This document shows positions 9,626-16,744 of a stretch of 24,814 nucleotides of DNA, piece after piece. Within the stretch, counting starts at the first letter, position 1. Each line of letters opens with the position of its first letter. A model generated the notes under the pieces. It had not been told where the DNA came from. It did not search any database and saw nothing but the letters and a program-made list of their open reading frames with translations. Made by a program: the position numbers and the translations under genes. The stretch comes from a virus (Duplodnaviria; Caudoviricetes): positions 1 to 24,814 of IMG/VR virus record IMGVR_UViG_3300033514_000118, one strand, 5' to 3'.

Positions 9626-10034
9626 TTTCTTTTTCCCTTATTAATTTAACTAGTTCTACTTTATTATCTAATGTAGAATTTAATATAATATCATATATAG
9701 TTCTTAATATTACGTCTTTATATTCTGCTTTATATCCTTCTATAAATACTTTTTCTTGTTCAAGTGCTAATTTAATAGCAGGAAAATAAGATGCTTGTAC
9801 AGCTTCGAATAGTTTATGACGTGCAACATCGAATGTTTTAGACATATTATGTTTATTAGTAGTATGTTTTAATTTGATATATCTATCTTTATATTCAATA
9901 AATTCTGGCAATTCTAACCATTTATAGAATGTTCTTGTTGATATATTATTTTTATCACATAAATCAACTATATGATATTGTCCTACTTCTGAAAATATTG
10001 CTTCTAATATAGCTGGATCTTTTTTCTGATTCAT
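9612..10034 (-). CDS. Putative terminase small subunit (HTH); likely start MNQKKDP at 10034
   Basis: HTH-like VDLCDKNNISTRTFYKWL, AIKLALE; upstream of terL. The longer ORF-track start overlaps a terminator and a promoter-like motif. Confidence 0.6.
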   Translation of the reverse strand: MNQKKDPAILEAIFSEVGQYHIVDLCDKNNISTRTFYKWLELPEFIEYKDRYIKLKHTTNKHNMSKTFDVARHKLFEAVQASYFPAIKLALEQEKVFIEGYKAEYKDVILRTIYDIILNSTLDNKVELVKLIREKENDMD

Positions 10035-10053
10035 AATTGTAAATGTTTTTATC

Positions 10054-10065
10054 ATATTATATACT
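10054..10065 (-). promoter_or_regulatory. Putative phage promoter AGTATATAATAT for the packaging operon
   Basis: Identical 12-mer at 4186-4197 (-) upstream of the protease; related copies precede several other gene blocks. Confidence 0.55.
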
Positions 10066-10092
10066 AAAATAGAGCAAAAATATTTTATTAAC

Positions 10093-10122
10093 AAAAAAAC
10101 CCATAACAATTAAGCTATGGGT
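10093..10122 (-). terminator. Intrinsic terminator
   Basis: Minus strand ACCCATAGC-TTAATT-GTTATGGGT (9 bp, one G-U) followed by a T run; downstream of ORF 10166-10498. Confidence 0.8.
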
Positions 10123-10165
10123 AAAATAAATAAATAAAAAAATGTATTATAGATTCTTTGTGTTT

Positions 10166-10498
10166 TTATCTATAATAGTAACAAATCAATTCATAAACGT
10201 ACTCGTGATATTTTATTGCTGTTATTGGATTATATGTAACAATTCCATAAGGGGTTTTATCTCTATTAAATCTATGTCTTTTATAATTTAAATCTTCTGA
10301 CTCGTCGAGGTCAATATAAAATGTATATTCTGGATATTGGTTGACTATTTTATCTATAATTTTTAGTATTTCTGGGTTCATAATAGAAGGTACTAATGTG
10401 ATAGGATCATATTGTATTCCTTCTACTAATTTAGAATATGTTTCTGGTGTAATTAATGCTTCTTCATTAATAACTTTTACTTCTTTTTTCTTTGTCAT
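10166..10498 (-). CDS. Hypothetical protein
   Basis: 110 aa ORF with A-rich leader, promoter-like motif upstream and terminator downstream. Confidence 0.65.
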   Translation of the reverse strand: MTKKKEVKVINEEALITPETYSKLVEGIQYDPITLVPSIMNPEILKIIDKIVNQYPEYTFYIDLDESEDLNYKRHRFNRDKTPYGIVTYNPITAIKYHEYVYELICYYYR

Positions 10499-10548
10499 TT
10501 CTTATATTTTTTTTATTTATTTATTATATATTCAAAAATATATTTATT

Positions 10549-11250
10549 TTATGCTTTTTTTATATATTTCCATCCTTTTACAGATTTTACTTTACATTTA
10601 AGTAACTTTGATAAAGATCCTCTATCTAACTTATATTTGATTCTAAAGTCATATTGAGTTCCTATAAATTCTGTACCATCTTTATGGCAAAATGTATAAA
10701 TAGATAAATCTTTAGGCTTACATATCAATTCTTTATTAAAATTTTTAGGTTTATTTATTAATTCTTTATTATAATACCATCCTTTTACAGACTTTTGTCT
10801 ACCTTGTAATAATGTAGATACATTTCTTTTATTTGGATCGTATTTTATTTTAAATTCATACTGAGTTCCTATAAATTCCATACCATCTTTATGGTAGAAT
10901 GTATAAATAGTATGATCATATCTAGGATGGTTTTGTGCTTTAATTCCATTAATTCCATCTCCTCCAAAAGTTAAGTTTAATCCATTATTAAATGTGTCAT
11001 AATAATCAATATAAAATTTTTCTAACTCATTCATTTGAGAATTAGTCATTGGTTGTTTAATTATAATTTCTTTATTAAAAGAACCTGTACCATACTTTTT
11101 AATTATTCTATTAATTATTGTTCCTCCAGTTATATAATCTTTTCTATTTCCATTACATTTACCTACATATTGTTCGCCAAAGAACTTTGATTGCTTTTCC
11201 ATCACTGTTATCAAATAGATATAAGCATTAGGATAAATTTTTTCTACCAT
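10549..11250 (-). CDS. GIY-YIG (Seg-like) homing endonuclease with duplicated C-terminal domain
   Basis: AYIYLIT..QYVGK, DYITGG, LEKFYI, GLN; two IYTF.HKDG.EFIGTQY.F.IKY...KSVKGW repeats 69 aa (207 nt) apart. Confidence 0.88.
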   Translation of the reverse strand: MVEKIYPNAYIYLITVMEKQSKFFGEQYVGKCNGNRKDYITGGTIINRIIKKYGTGSFNKEIIIKQPMTNSQMNELEKFYIDYYDTFNNGLNLTFGGDGINGIKAQNHPRYDHTIYTFYHKDGMEFIGTQYEFKIKYDPNKRNVSTLLQGRQKSVKGWYYNKELINKPKNFNKELICKPKDLSIYTFCHKDGTEFIGTQYDFRIKYKLDRGSLSKLLKCKVKSVKGWKYIKKA

Positions 11251-11274
11251 TTTTAGTTTCTTTTTTATGTGTGT

Positions 11275-11340
11275 TCAATAGTTTTTAATAAGGGGAGACT
11301 GGTCTGCAATTCCAGTCTCGAAACTATTGAGAACCCCTTT
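11275..11340 (-). ncRNA. Predicted pseudoknotted 5' leader RNA (copy A)
   Basis: AAGGGG/CCCCTT, TCAATAGTTT/AAACTATTGA, AGACTGG/CCAGTCT in order P1-P2-P3-P3'-P1'-P2'; same architecture as 13436-13502. Confidence 0.65.
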
Positions 11341-11365
11341 GTATATATACTGTTTTTATAGTATT

Positions 11366-11827
11366 TTATTTTATGTCTATTTTTCCTTTTGCATATTCTC
11401 TAAAAATATAACAATCTTTTAACACTTTCTCAGAATGTACTGCTGTTGTTTTGTTACACAATCTTTTTTCAATTTTCATATTAGATAACATCTCTTTAGT
11501 TGGTGTTATCAATCTTACTTCTGAATTGTTATTATAACAAACAAAATAAAGTATATTAGCATCTGGATGTTCACTTAATAACTTATCTAATTTTATTTTC
11601 TCAGCAAATACATCATCATATTTAACATAAAAATCGGATCTACATTTTATTTCTACTATGAAATGTTTATCATCTTTTGTTATTTCAGCATCAAATATTT
11701 CATATGGATTATCTGAAAATTTTAGCATATCATTAGTATAATTGTTCTTTAGAAAATACTTATTGAAAAAGTTTACAAATTTATTTCTTCCAAGTATCTC
11801 AAGTCTACCAAATTCATTATTTTGCAT
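11366..11827 (-). CDS. PD-(D/E)xK-family nuclease
   Basis: N-terminal helix with E, FDAEI...IVEIKCR catalytic pattern. Confidence 0.7.
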   Translation of the reverse strand: MQNNEFGRLEILGRNKFVNFFNKYFLKNNYTNDMLKFSDNPYEIFDAEITKDDKHFIVEIKCRSDFYVKYDDVFAEKIKLDKLLSEHPDANILYFVCYNNNSEVRLITPTKEMLSNMKIEKRLCNKTTAVHSEKVLKDCYIFREYAKGKIDIK

Positions 11828-11933
11828 CTTTATGACCTTTTTTATTTATAAGGTCATAATATGCTTTTAAAATTGCTTGTAATAATTTATATTCTGATAA
11901 TGTCAATTCTAATATTATCTTTTCATTATTCAT
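11817..11933 (-). CDS. Small hypothetical protein (38 aa), not in ORF track
   Basis: MNNEKIILELTLSEYKLLQAILKAYYDLINKKGHKDAK*; overlaps both neighbours in an operon-like way. Confidence 0.5.
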   Translation of the reverse strand: MNNEKIILELTLSEYKLLQAILKAYYDLINKKGHKDAK

Positions 11934-12096
11934 TATTTAATTCTTTTTTATATATTTCTTTTTTGATATTATTAATTGTTGAAAAATATGATATATTTAT
12001 TCTGGTATTTCTTATATATTGCAAAATTTTAGAATCATCATCAATAAATGATGCTAATAAAATCATTTTTTCTTGAGTTAGTAAATTGTCTTTCAT
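11926..12096 (-). CDS. Small hypothetical protein (56 aa), not in ORF track
   Basis: MKDNLLTQEKMILLASFIDDDSKILQYIRNTRINISYF...KKELNNE*; A-rich leader; first gene left of the divergence point. Confidence 0.55.
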   Translation of the reverse strand: MKDNLLTQEKMILLASFIDDDSKILQYIRNTRINISYFSTINNIKKEIYKKELNNE

Positions 12097-12185
12097 ATTT
12101 TATTTTTATTTATATATGCTTATTCTTATAGTATATATATTTATTTTTTTGAAATATATAATATATAAACTTAAAATTAATAAAT

Positions 12186-12413
12186 ATGAAAGTGCAAGAA
12201 TTAAAAGAAAATGTTGAATATAGAAATAAATGGGAAGTAAGTTTTGTAAGAAGTGGGAAAAATATGGATGTAAAATATCATATGACTGAAGACATTTACA
12301 TAAAAGAAAATATTCCTACTAAAGAAGTAATGAAAAAATTTGGTTGGGAATTAAATAAAATTAGTTTGACTGAATTGAATAATTATTATGAATTGAAAGA
12401 ATGGAAAAAATAA
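12186..12413 (+). CDS. Hypothetical protein
   Basis: 75 aa; preceded by AATATATAATAT (12153-12164). Confidence 0.65.
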   Translation: MKVQELKENVEYRNKWEVSFVRSGKNMDVKYHMTEDIYIKENIPTKEVMKKFGWELNKISLTELNNYYELKEWKK

Positions 12414-12550
12414 TAAAAGATGGGGTCGAATATGTATATGATGAATCAGGCGATTTAACATACGAAAAATATCCGAATGGTGATGAGTATTGTTATGAGA
12501 TTTGGATTGATGACGATGGGATTAAACATTGTTCTGTTAGGAAAGTATAA
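12401..12550 (+). CDS. Small protein (49 aa) with a YD-repeat-like motif, not in ORF track
   Basis: MEKIIKDGVEYVYDESGDLTYEKYPNGDEYCYEIWIDDDGIKHCSVRKV*; overlaps the upstream gene end. Confidence 0.6.
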   Translation: MEKIIKDGVEYVYDESGDLTYEKYPNGDEYCYEIWIDDDGIKHCSVRKV

Positions 12551-12817
12551 TGGTTACGATGAACGATAAGAACGTATCTTTCTTTTATATGTTTTCTGTA
12601 AGGTTTCACCACTTGTGTTAAACTTTGTTAAAAAACATTAAACGCAAACTTTTTTGAAAATAAAAAATTAATTGAATATTTACTTAAACTTTTTAAAATA
12701 TAAAATTATGTCTTTAATGTTATAATTCATTTCGATAATATTAATCAAATTGACATATTTTATTAGTGTGGAATATGTCATTCAATTCATTTTCAAGTTA
12801 AATAAGTTAATAAGTAT

Positions 12818-12851
12818 AAGGAAATAGAGTTAAATCTTTATTCCCTTTTTT
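12818..12851 (+). terminator. Possible intrinsic terminator/attenuator
   Basis: AAGGAAATAGAG-TTAAAT-CTTTATTCCCTT (one mismatch, one G-U) followed by a T run. Confidence 0.5.
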
Positions 12852-12852
12852 A

Positions 12853-13179
12853 ATGCAGCGAAAAATATTAAATATGACTATACAAGAATTATACAATAAA
12901 TATATTGAAACTAATAATAGTTTAGATTTCAAACGATTAAAGAAGGCTACTGATATTAAAATAATGAGTAATATATATAAAGCAAATATTAGAAATAGAG
13001 TTGATGTAGAAGATTTATTACAACAGTGTTGGTATCAATTCTTTTACTATAATACATATAACAAGGATAAAAGTCTATTCATTACATATATTAGTACAAT
13101 ACTTAGGAATGTGATTAACAGGTGGTTAGAGTGGAAATATAAATATGGAAAGACATATCCAATTGAATTGGTGATATAA
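12853..13179 (+). CDS. Sigma-70 region-2-only protein (ECF-like); start may be MTIQE at 12874
   Basis: RVDVEDLLQQCW....YNKDKSLFITYISTILRNVINRW matches sigma region 2; ORF ends before any region 4. Confidence 0.7.
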   Translation: MQRKILNMTIQELYNKYIETNNSLDFKRLKKATDIKIMSNIYKANIRNRVDVEDLLQQCWYQFFYYNTYNKDKSLFITYISTILRNVINRWLEWKYKYGKTYPIELVI

Positions 13180-13435
13180 GCGACTTTTAAGGAGCGAATA
13201 GAACGTTTCTTTCTTTTTTGTATACTCGGCTTCGCTACTTTGTTAGTTAAAAGATGTTAATTCTTATTTAGAATCAATATAAATTACAAAAAATGTTAAA
13301 CTTTTAGAAAAAATAAAATATTTTTAGAATTATTTTTAATATATAATATAATAAAAACAAATTGTCGTTCATTTTACCTGATAATATGTGAAAGTTTTAT
13401 CAGGTTCAAAAAATACTGAAAAGTATATATAATAT

Positions 13436-13502
13436 AGGGGTTATCCAAAGTTACTATGAGGGATACTGATCATATCCCTCACCTCTTAAATTAAAACTTT
13501 GG
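13436..13502 (+). ncRNA. Predicted pseudoknotted 5' leader RNA (copy B)
   Basis: AGGGG/CCTCT, CCAAAGTT/AACTTTGG, TGAGGGATA/TATCCCTCA in order P1-P2-P3-P3'-P1'-P2'. Confidence 0.65.
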
Positions 13503-13526
13503 TCATAAATAAAATAGTAATAAACA

Positions 13527-14996
13527 ATGAAAATTCAAAACACAGTAGTATGTGAAAGTAAACACTTTCAATATGATGAAAATCGAAATTGCAAAGTAAT
13601 AATTTTTAATAATGAAATAAGAAATTTAAAATTCTTTGAATTATTTGAATTAATACAGAAATACAATTCAAAAGTAGTTATGAAAAAAGAACTACAACCA
13701 CTCATTTATCAACAACCAAGAAAAGAAAATCCAATTAGCAACTCATTTAATCAAGATAATGATTTATTCAAAGAAAATTATGTTTCTTTAATAACATTAG
13801 ATTATGATGATGGTATTACAACTAGAAAAGAAATAGAAGAAAAGTTCAAAGATTTTAAATTTATAAGTTATAATTCTTGGTCTAATGGTTTAAAACCTAA
13901 TAGATTTAGAATTCTGTTATCTATATATGAATTAGTGGAATGGAACAAATATATAGAATGTAAAACAGAATTGATAAACTTATTTGGGTGTGCTAAAGAA
14001 TCTTTTGCTTCTGGATTAATGTATTTACCTTGTAATTATGAAGGTATACGAGATGCTGAAATAAAATTTAATGATGGTATCGAATTTGATTTATATGGAT
14101 TTATTAGCAAATGTTTAGTTGAAAAAGATATTAGAAAAGAAACTAGAACTAAATTAAATGATAATATTTCTAGATTATCAGAATATAATGCAGATAGACA
14201 GCAACATTATATTAATAAAGTAATTGATAAATTGAACTCTACATCAGTAGGAAATGGATTAAATCATACTATTCAAAGTTGTATAGGAACTCTAAGTCAT
14301 TTAGGATTAACAAATAGCGAAATAGAAGATATTATATTACCTTATGAAAGTAATAAAGCTAAAGTTAATAATTGGTGTAGTTGGATAGCTGAAAAGAATG
14401 AAATGAATGAAAAAATAACATATTTCAATAGATATGAATATAAAAACTTTAAAGAAAATACGTTTTTATTTGATAATAAGGAATTAAAGTATTATGATAG
14501 CATTTCAGATCAATGGTTAGCAGATAGACCTAGAAATAAAAATATAGATTTAAAGAATAAAGCAATTAATGATAAATTATTTAATTACATTTATAATAAA
14601 ATAGATGATTTAAAAATGACGGAAAAATTGTATTCATTTATTAAAATATTAGATAAAGACTTAGACAGAAATGAAAAAATTAGAATTGATGCATATGAAC
14701 AATTGATAGTTAAAGGTGTTTCATATAATAGAAATATGATAAGAAGTTTTTTATTTGATTACCTTAAATTAAAAAGCATAATAAAAAATGAAGACAAAAA
14801 TAATGATATTATATCAATTTTTAATATAAGTGATAATTTAAATGAAGATTTACAAACTAAAGTTTTAAAATGTATAAAAGAATTATTATGGGTTAGATCT
14901 CAAAAATGTATTTCTGAAACAGGATATGGATGGAAATATTTCTTTTCAACCAAAAAAATTTGTGAAAAACTATTAAACAATGAATCAATAAATTAA
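13527..14996 (+). CDS. Putative AEP-superfamily primase/replication protein with PriCT-like segment
   Basis: ITLDYDDG (DxD), ISYNSWSN..KPNRFRILL (Y-x-S/T-x-S-H...RxR-like), KLNSTSVGNGLNHTIQSCIGTL (PriCT-like); followed by a long inverted repeat. Confidence 0.6.
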   Translation: MKIQNTVVCESKHFQYDENRNCKVIIFNNEIRNLKFFELFELIQKYNSKVVMKKELQPLIYQQPRKENPISNSFNQDNDLFKENYVSLITLDYDDGITTRKEIEEKFKDFKFISYNSWSNGLKPNRFRILLSIYELVEWNKYIECKTELINLFGCAKESFASGLMYLPCNYEGIRDAEIKFNDGIEFDLYGFISKCLVEKDIRKETRTKLNDNISRLSEYNADRQQHYINKVIDKLNSTSVGNGLNHTIQSCIGTLSHLGLTNSEIEDIILPYESNKAKVNNWCSWIAEKNEMNEKITYFNRYEYKNFKENTFLFDNKELKYYDSISDQWLADRPRNKNIDLKNKAINDKLFNYIYNKIDDLKMTEKLYSFIKILDKDLDRNEKIRIDAYEQLIVKGVSYNRNMIRSFLFDYLKLKSIIKNEDKNNDIISIFNISDNLNEDLQTKVLKCIKELLWVRSQKCISETGYGWKYFFSTKKICEKLLNNESIN

Positions 14997-15018
14997 ATAT
15001 TTGATCGTAAAAAAAACG

Positions 15019-15119
15019 GAACTCAACGGCAAAAATTTGCTCGCTACTTATGTGAAAAAGTAATATATTTAATTTAACAATATACCATAAGTAGCGAGCA
15101 AATTTTTGCCGTTGAGTTC
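15019..15119. repeat. Perfect 34-bp inverted repeat with 33-nt AT-rich spacer; candidate replication origin
   Basis: 15019-15052 GAACTCAACGGCAAAAATTTGCTCGCTACTTATG is the exact reverse complement of 15086-15119. Confidence 0.9.
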
Positions 15120-15178
15120 GTAAAAAAGTACGAAGAATTTGTTAAATAATTAAGTATTAATAAATTAAATAATATAAT

Positions 15179-15811
15179 ATGAAAAGTGATAAAAAATTAA
15201 TTATTGAACGTATAAAAAATATTTTATATAGTGGTAAACCAGTATTAAAAAGTGATACGATTTTCTTAATTGATATTTTTAAAAAGCATCCTAGTTTTAA
15301 GTTATCTTTAGAAGTTGATAGTATAGAAGTAGGAAAAGACATATTTGGGTTTAACACCAATTGTTTCTATATTAATTATAAAGATAATACTAGAGATGAT
15401 ATTTCGTATCTGAAAGCTATAAATGGTATTGATGAAAATGAAGAATTGGATAAATTGGTTAGAAATACTATAATGGATATAATATCTGATTTTAGGGATA
15501 GTATTAAGAAAAAAAGAAAATATATTTGTGCTATAAGTAAAAAACAATTTAATCCAAAAATTGATAAATTTCACGTAATTTATAATAAACCTACATTACT
15601 TGAAATAGCAAATGAATATATTAAAAAAGTAGGAATAGATAATATAAATGTAGGCGTAACAGAAAAGACTTATAAACTAAAAAAATACAATATAGAATGT
15701 ATTTTAAATGATGATTTTATTGAATTCTTTAATAAACGAGCTAATCCTCAAATTTGTTTATCTGGATATAATGGGAGCTTTTATAAAAAAATGAAAAAAA
15801 AATATATATAA
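15179..15811 (+). CDS. DUF3223 (DCL-like) domain protein with possible degenerate HNH-like C-terminus
   Basis: IFKKHP...IEVG...NCFYINYKDNTRDDISYLKAI matches DUF3223; CAISK...FHVIY..P later. Confidence 0.7.
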   Translation: MKSDKKLIIERIKNILYSGKPVLKSDTIFLIDIFKKHPSFKLSLEVDSIEVGKDIFGFNTNCFYINYKDNTRDDISYLKAINGIDENEELDKLVRNTIMDIISDFRDSIKKKRKYICAISKKQFNPKIDKFHVIYNKPTLLEIANEYIKKVGIDNINVGVTEKTYKLKKYNIECILNDDFIEFFNKRANPQICLSGYNGSFYKKMKKKYI

Positions 15812-15825
15812 AATAAGATTTAACA

Positions 15826-16080
15826 ATGTATCAAGATCACTACGTTTTTAGCATTAACTATTCAACTAAATCAATAACCATTCTACAAAAGTGTAATTAT
15901 TTCCATATTTGTAACATTCTCAATCAAAAATTTGAGACATTCACAGGCTTGGAATCGTTTACGATTTTTAATGAAGATTTAACATTTCAAAAAAGAGTAA
16001 ATCTGCATCCAAAGTATATAGATAAGTATTTATCCAATACTATTGATTATATAAATAACTTAAAAAATGATAATTTATAA
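15826..16080 (+). CDS. Hypothetical protein
   Basis: 84 aa ORF within the plus-strand operon. Confidence 0.55.
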   Translation: MYQDHYVFSINYSTKSITILQKCNYFHICNILNQKFETFTGLESFTIFNEDLTFQKRVNLHPKYIDKYLSNTIDYINNLKNDNL

Positions 16081-16159
16081 ATGTAGTGATTGTGATTCTC
16101 AGTTTTACGGACATCTCAACCAAACAACTTGCAAATATTGCACGTATAAGCCGATTTAA
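16067..16159 (+). CDS. Zinc-ribbon microprotein (30 aa), not in ORF track
   Basis: MIIYKCSDCDSQFYGHLNQTTCKYCTYKPI*: CxxC-x12-CxxC; overlaps the upstream gene end. Confidence 0.6.
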   Translation: MIIYKCSDCDSQFYGHLNQTTCKYCTYKPI

Positions 16160-16205
16160 ACGGTTTATTTCAGATTGGCTATACAATATTAAACTTCTGT
16201 TTTAA

Positions 16206-16538
16206 ATGCCTTACGTTGTATATAAATTCGTATTAAATGGAGTTATTAGATACTTTGGAAGAACAAAAAATCCAAAGAGTCGATTATCCCAACATATATC
16301 ATCTTGTTATAATATCAAAAATAAAGCCTATTCTAAAGAGTTTTACAAATATGTACGTAGTATATACCCAAATAAAGAAAGTGGCTCAGAAGCCCTAAAA
16401 CAAGCGTTTATTATAATTTATACATATAAGAAGTTGGTAGATTCTAAAAGAATGGAAATGTATTTAATATTGGATAATTACTTTAATAAAGGTTTTACGT
16501 TATATCAAAAAATACCTAATATAAGAGATGGATATTAA
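16206..16538 (+). CDS. Short GIY-YIG nuclease (catalytic domain only)
   Basis: YVVYKF..RYFGRTKNPKSRLSQH...MEMYLI. Confidence 0.75.
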   Translation: MPYVVYKFVLNGVIRYFGRTKNPKSRLSQHISSCYNIKNKAYSKEFYKYVRSIYPNKESGSEALKQAFIIIYTYKKLVDSKRMEMYLILDNYFNKGFTLYQKIPNIRDGY

Positions 16539-16722
16539 GGAAAGACATCATATTTATCCAAAGAAGTATTTTAATAAAAAAGATACTATAAAATTATCAC
16601 CAAATGACCACACTAAGTTGCATAAAATTATAGATACAGGCAAAAAAGAAGATGATATATTTTATTTATCAGCATTATTATCATTTTTATATGGTAAATT
16701 TGAATTTTTATTCAAAAATTAA
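16528..16722 (+). CDS. Mini HNH-type nuclease-like protein
   Basis: ERHHIYPK....TIKLSPNDHTKLH. Confidence 0.6.
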   Translation: MDIKERHHIYPKKYFNKKDTIKLSPNDHTKLHKIIDTGKKEDDIFYLSALLSFLYGKFEFLFKN

Positions 16723-16744
16723 ATATATACTATAAAAACTAACA

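Noticed and set aside
10035-10109. N-terminal extension of the small terminase ORF
   Set aside because: Overlaps a terminator and the promoter-like motif; ATG at 10034 has a better leader.
11275-13502. Calling the pseudoknots HDV-like/theta ribozymes
   Set aside because: Stem order matches, but P3 is 7-9 bp rather than 3, there is no P1.1/P4, the junction before P2' has no catalytic C, and no tRNA is adjacent.
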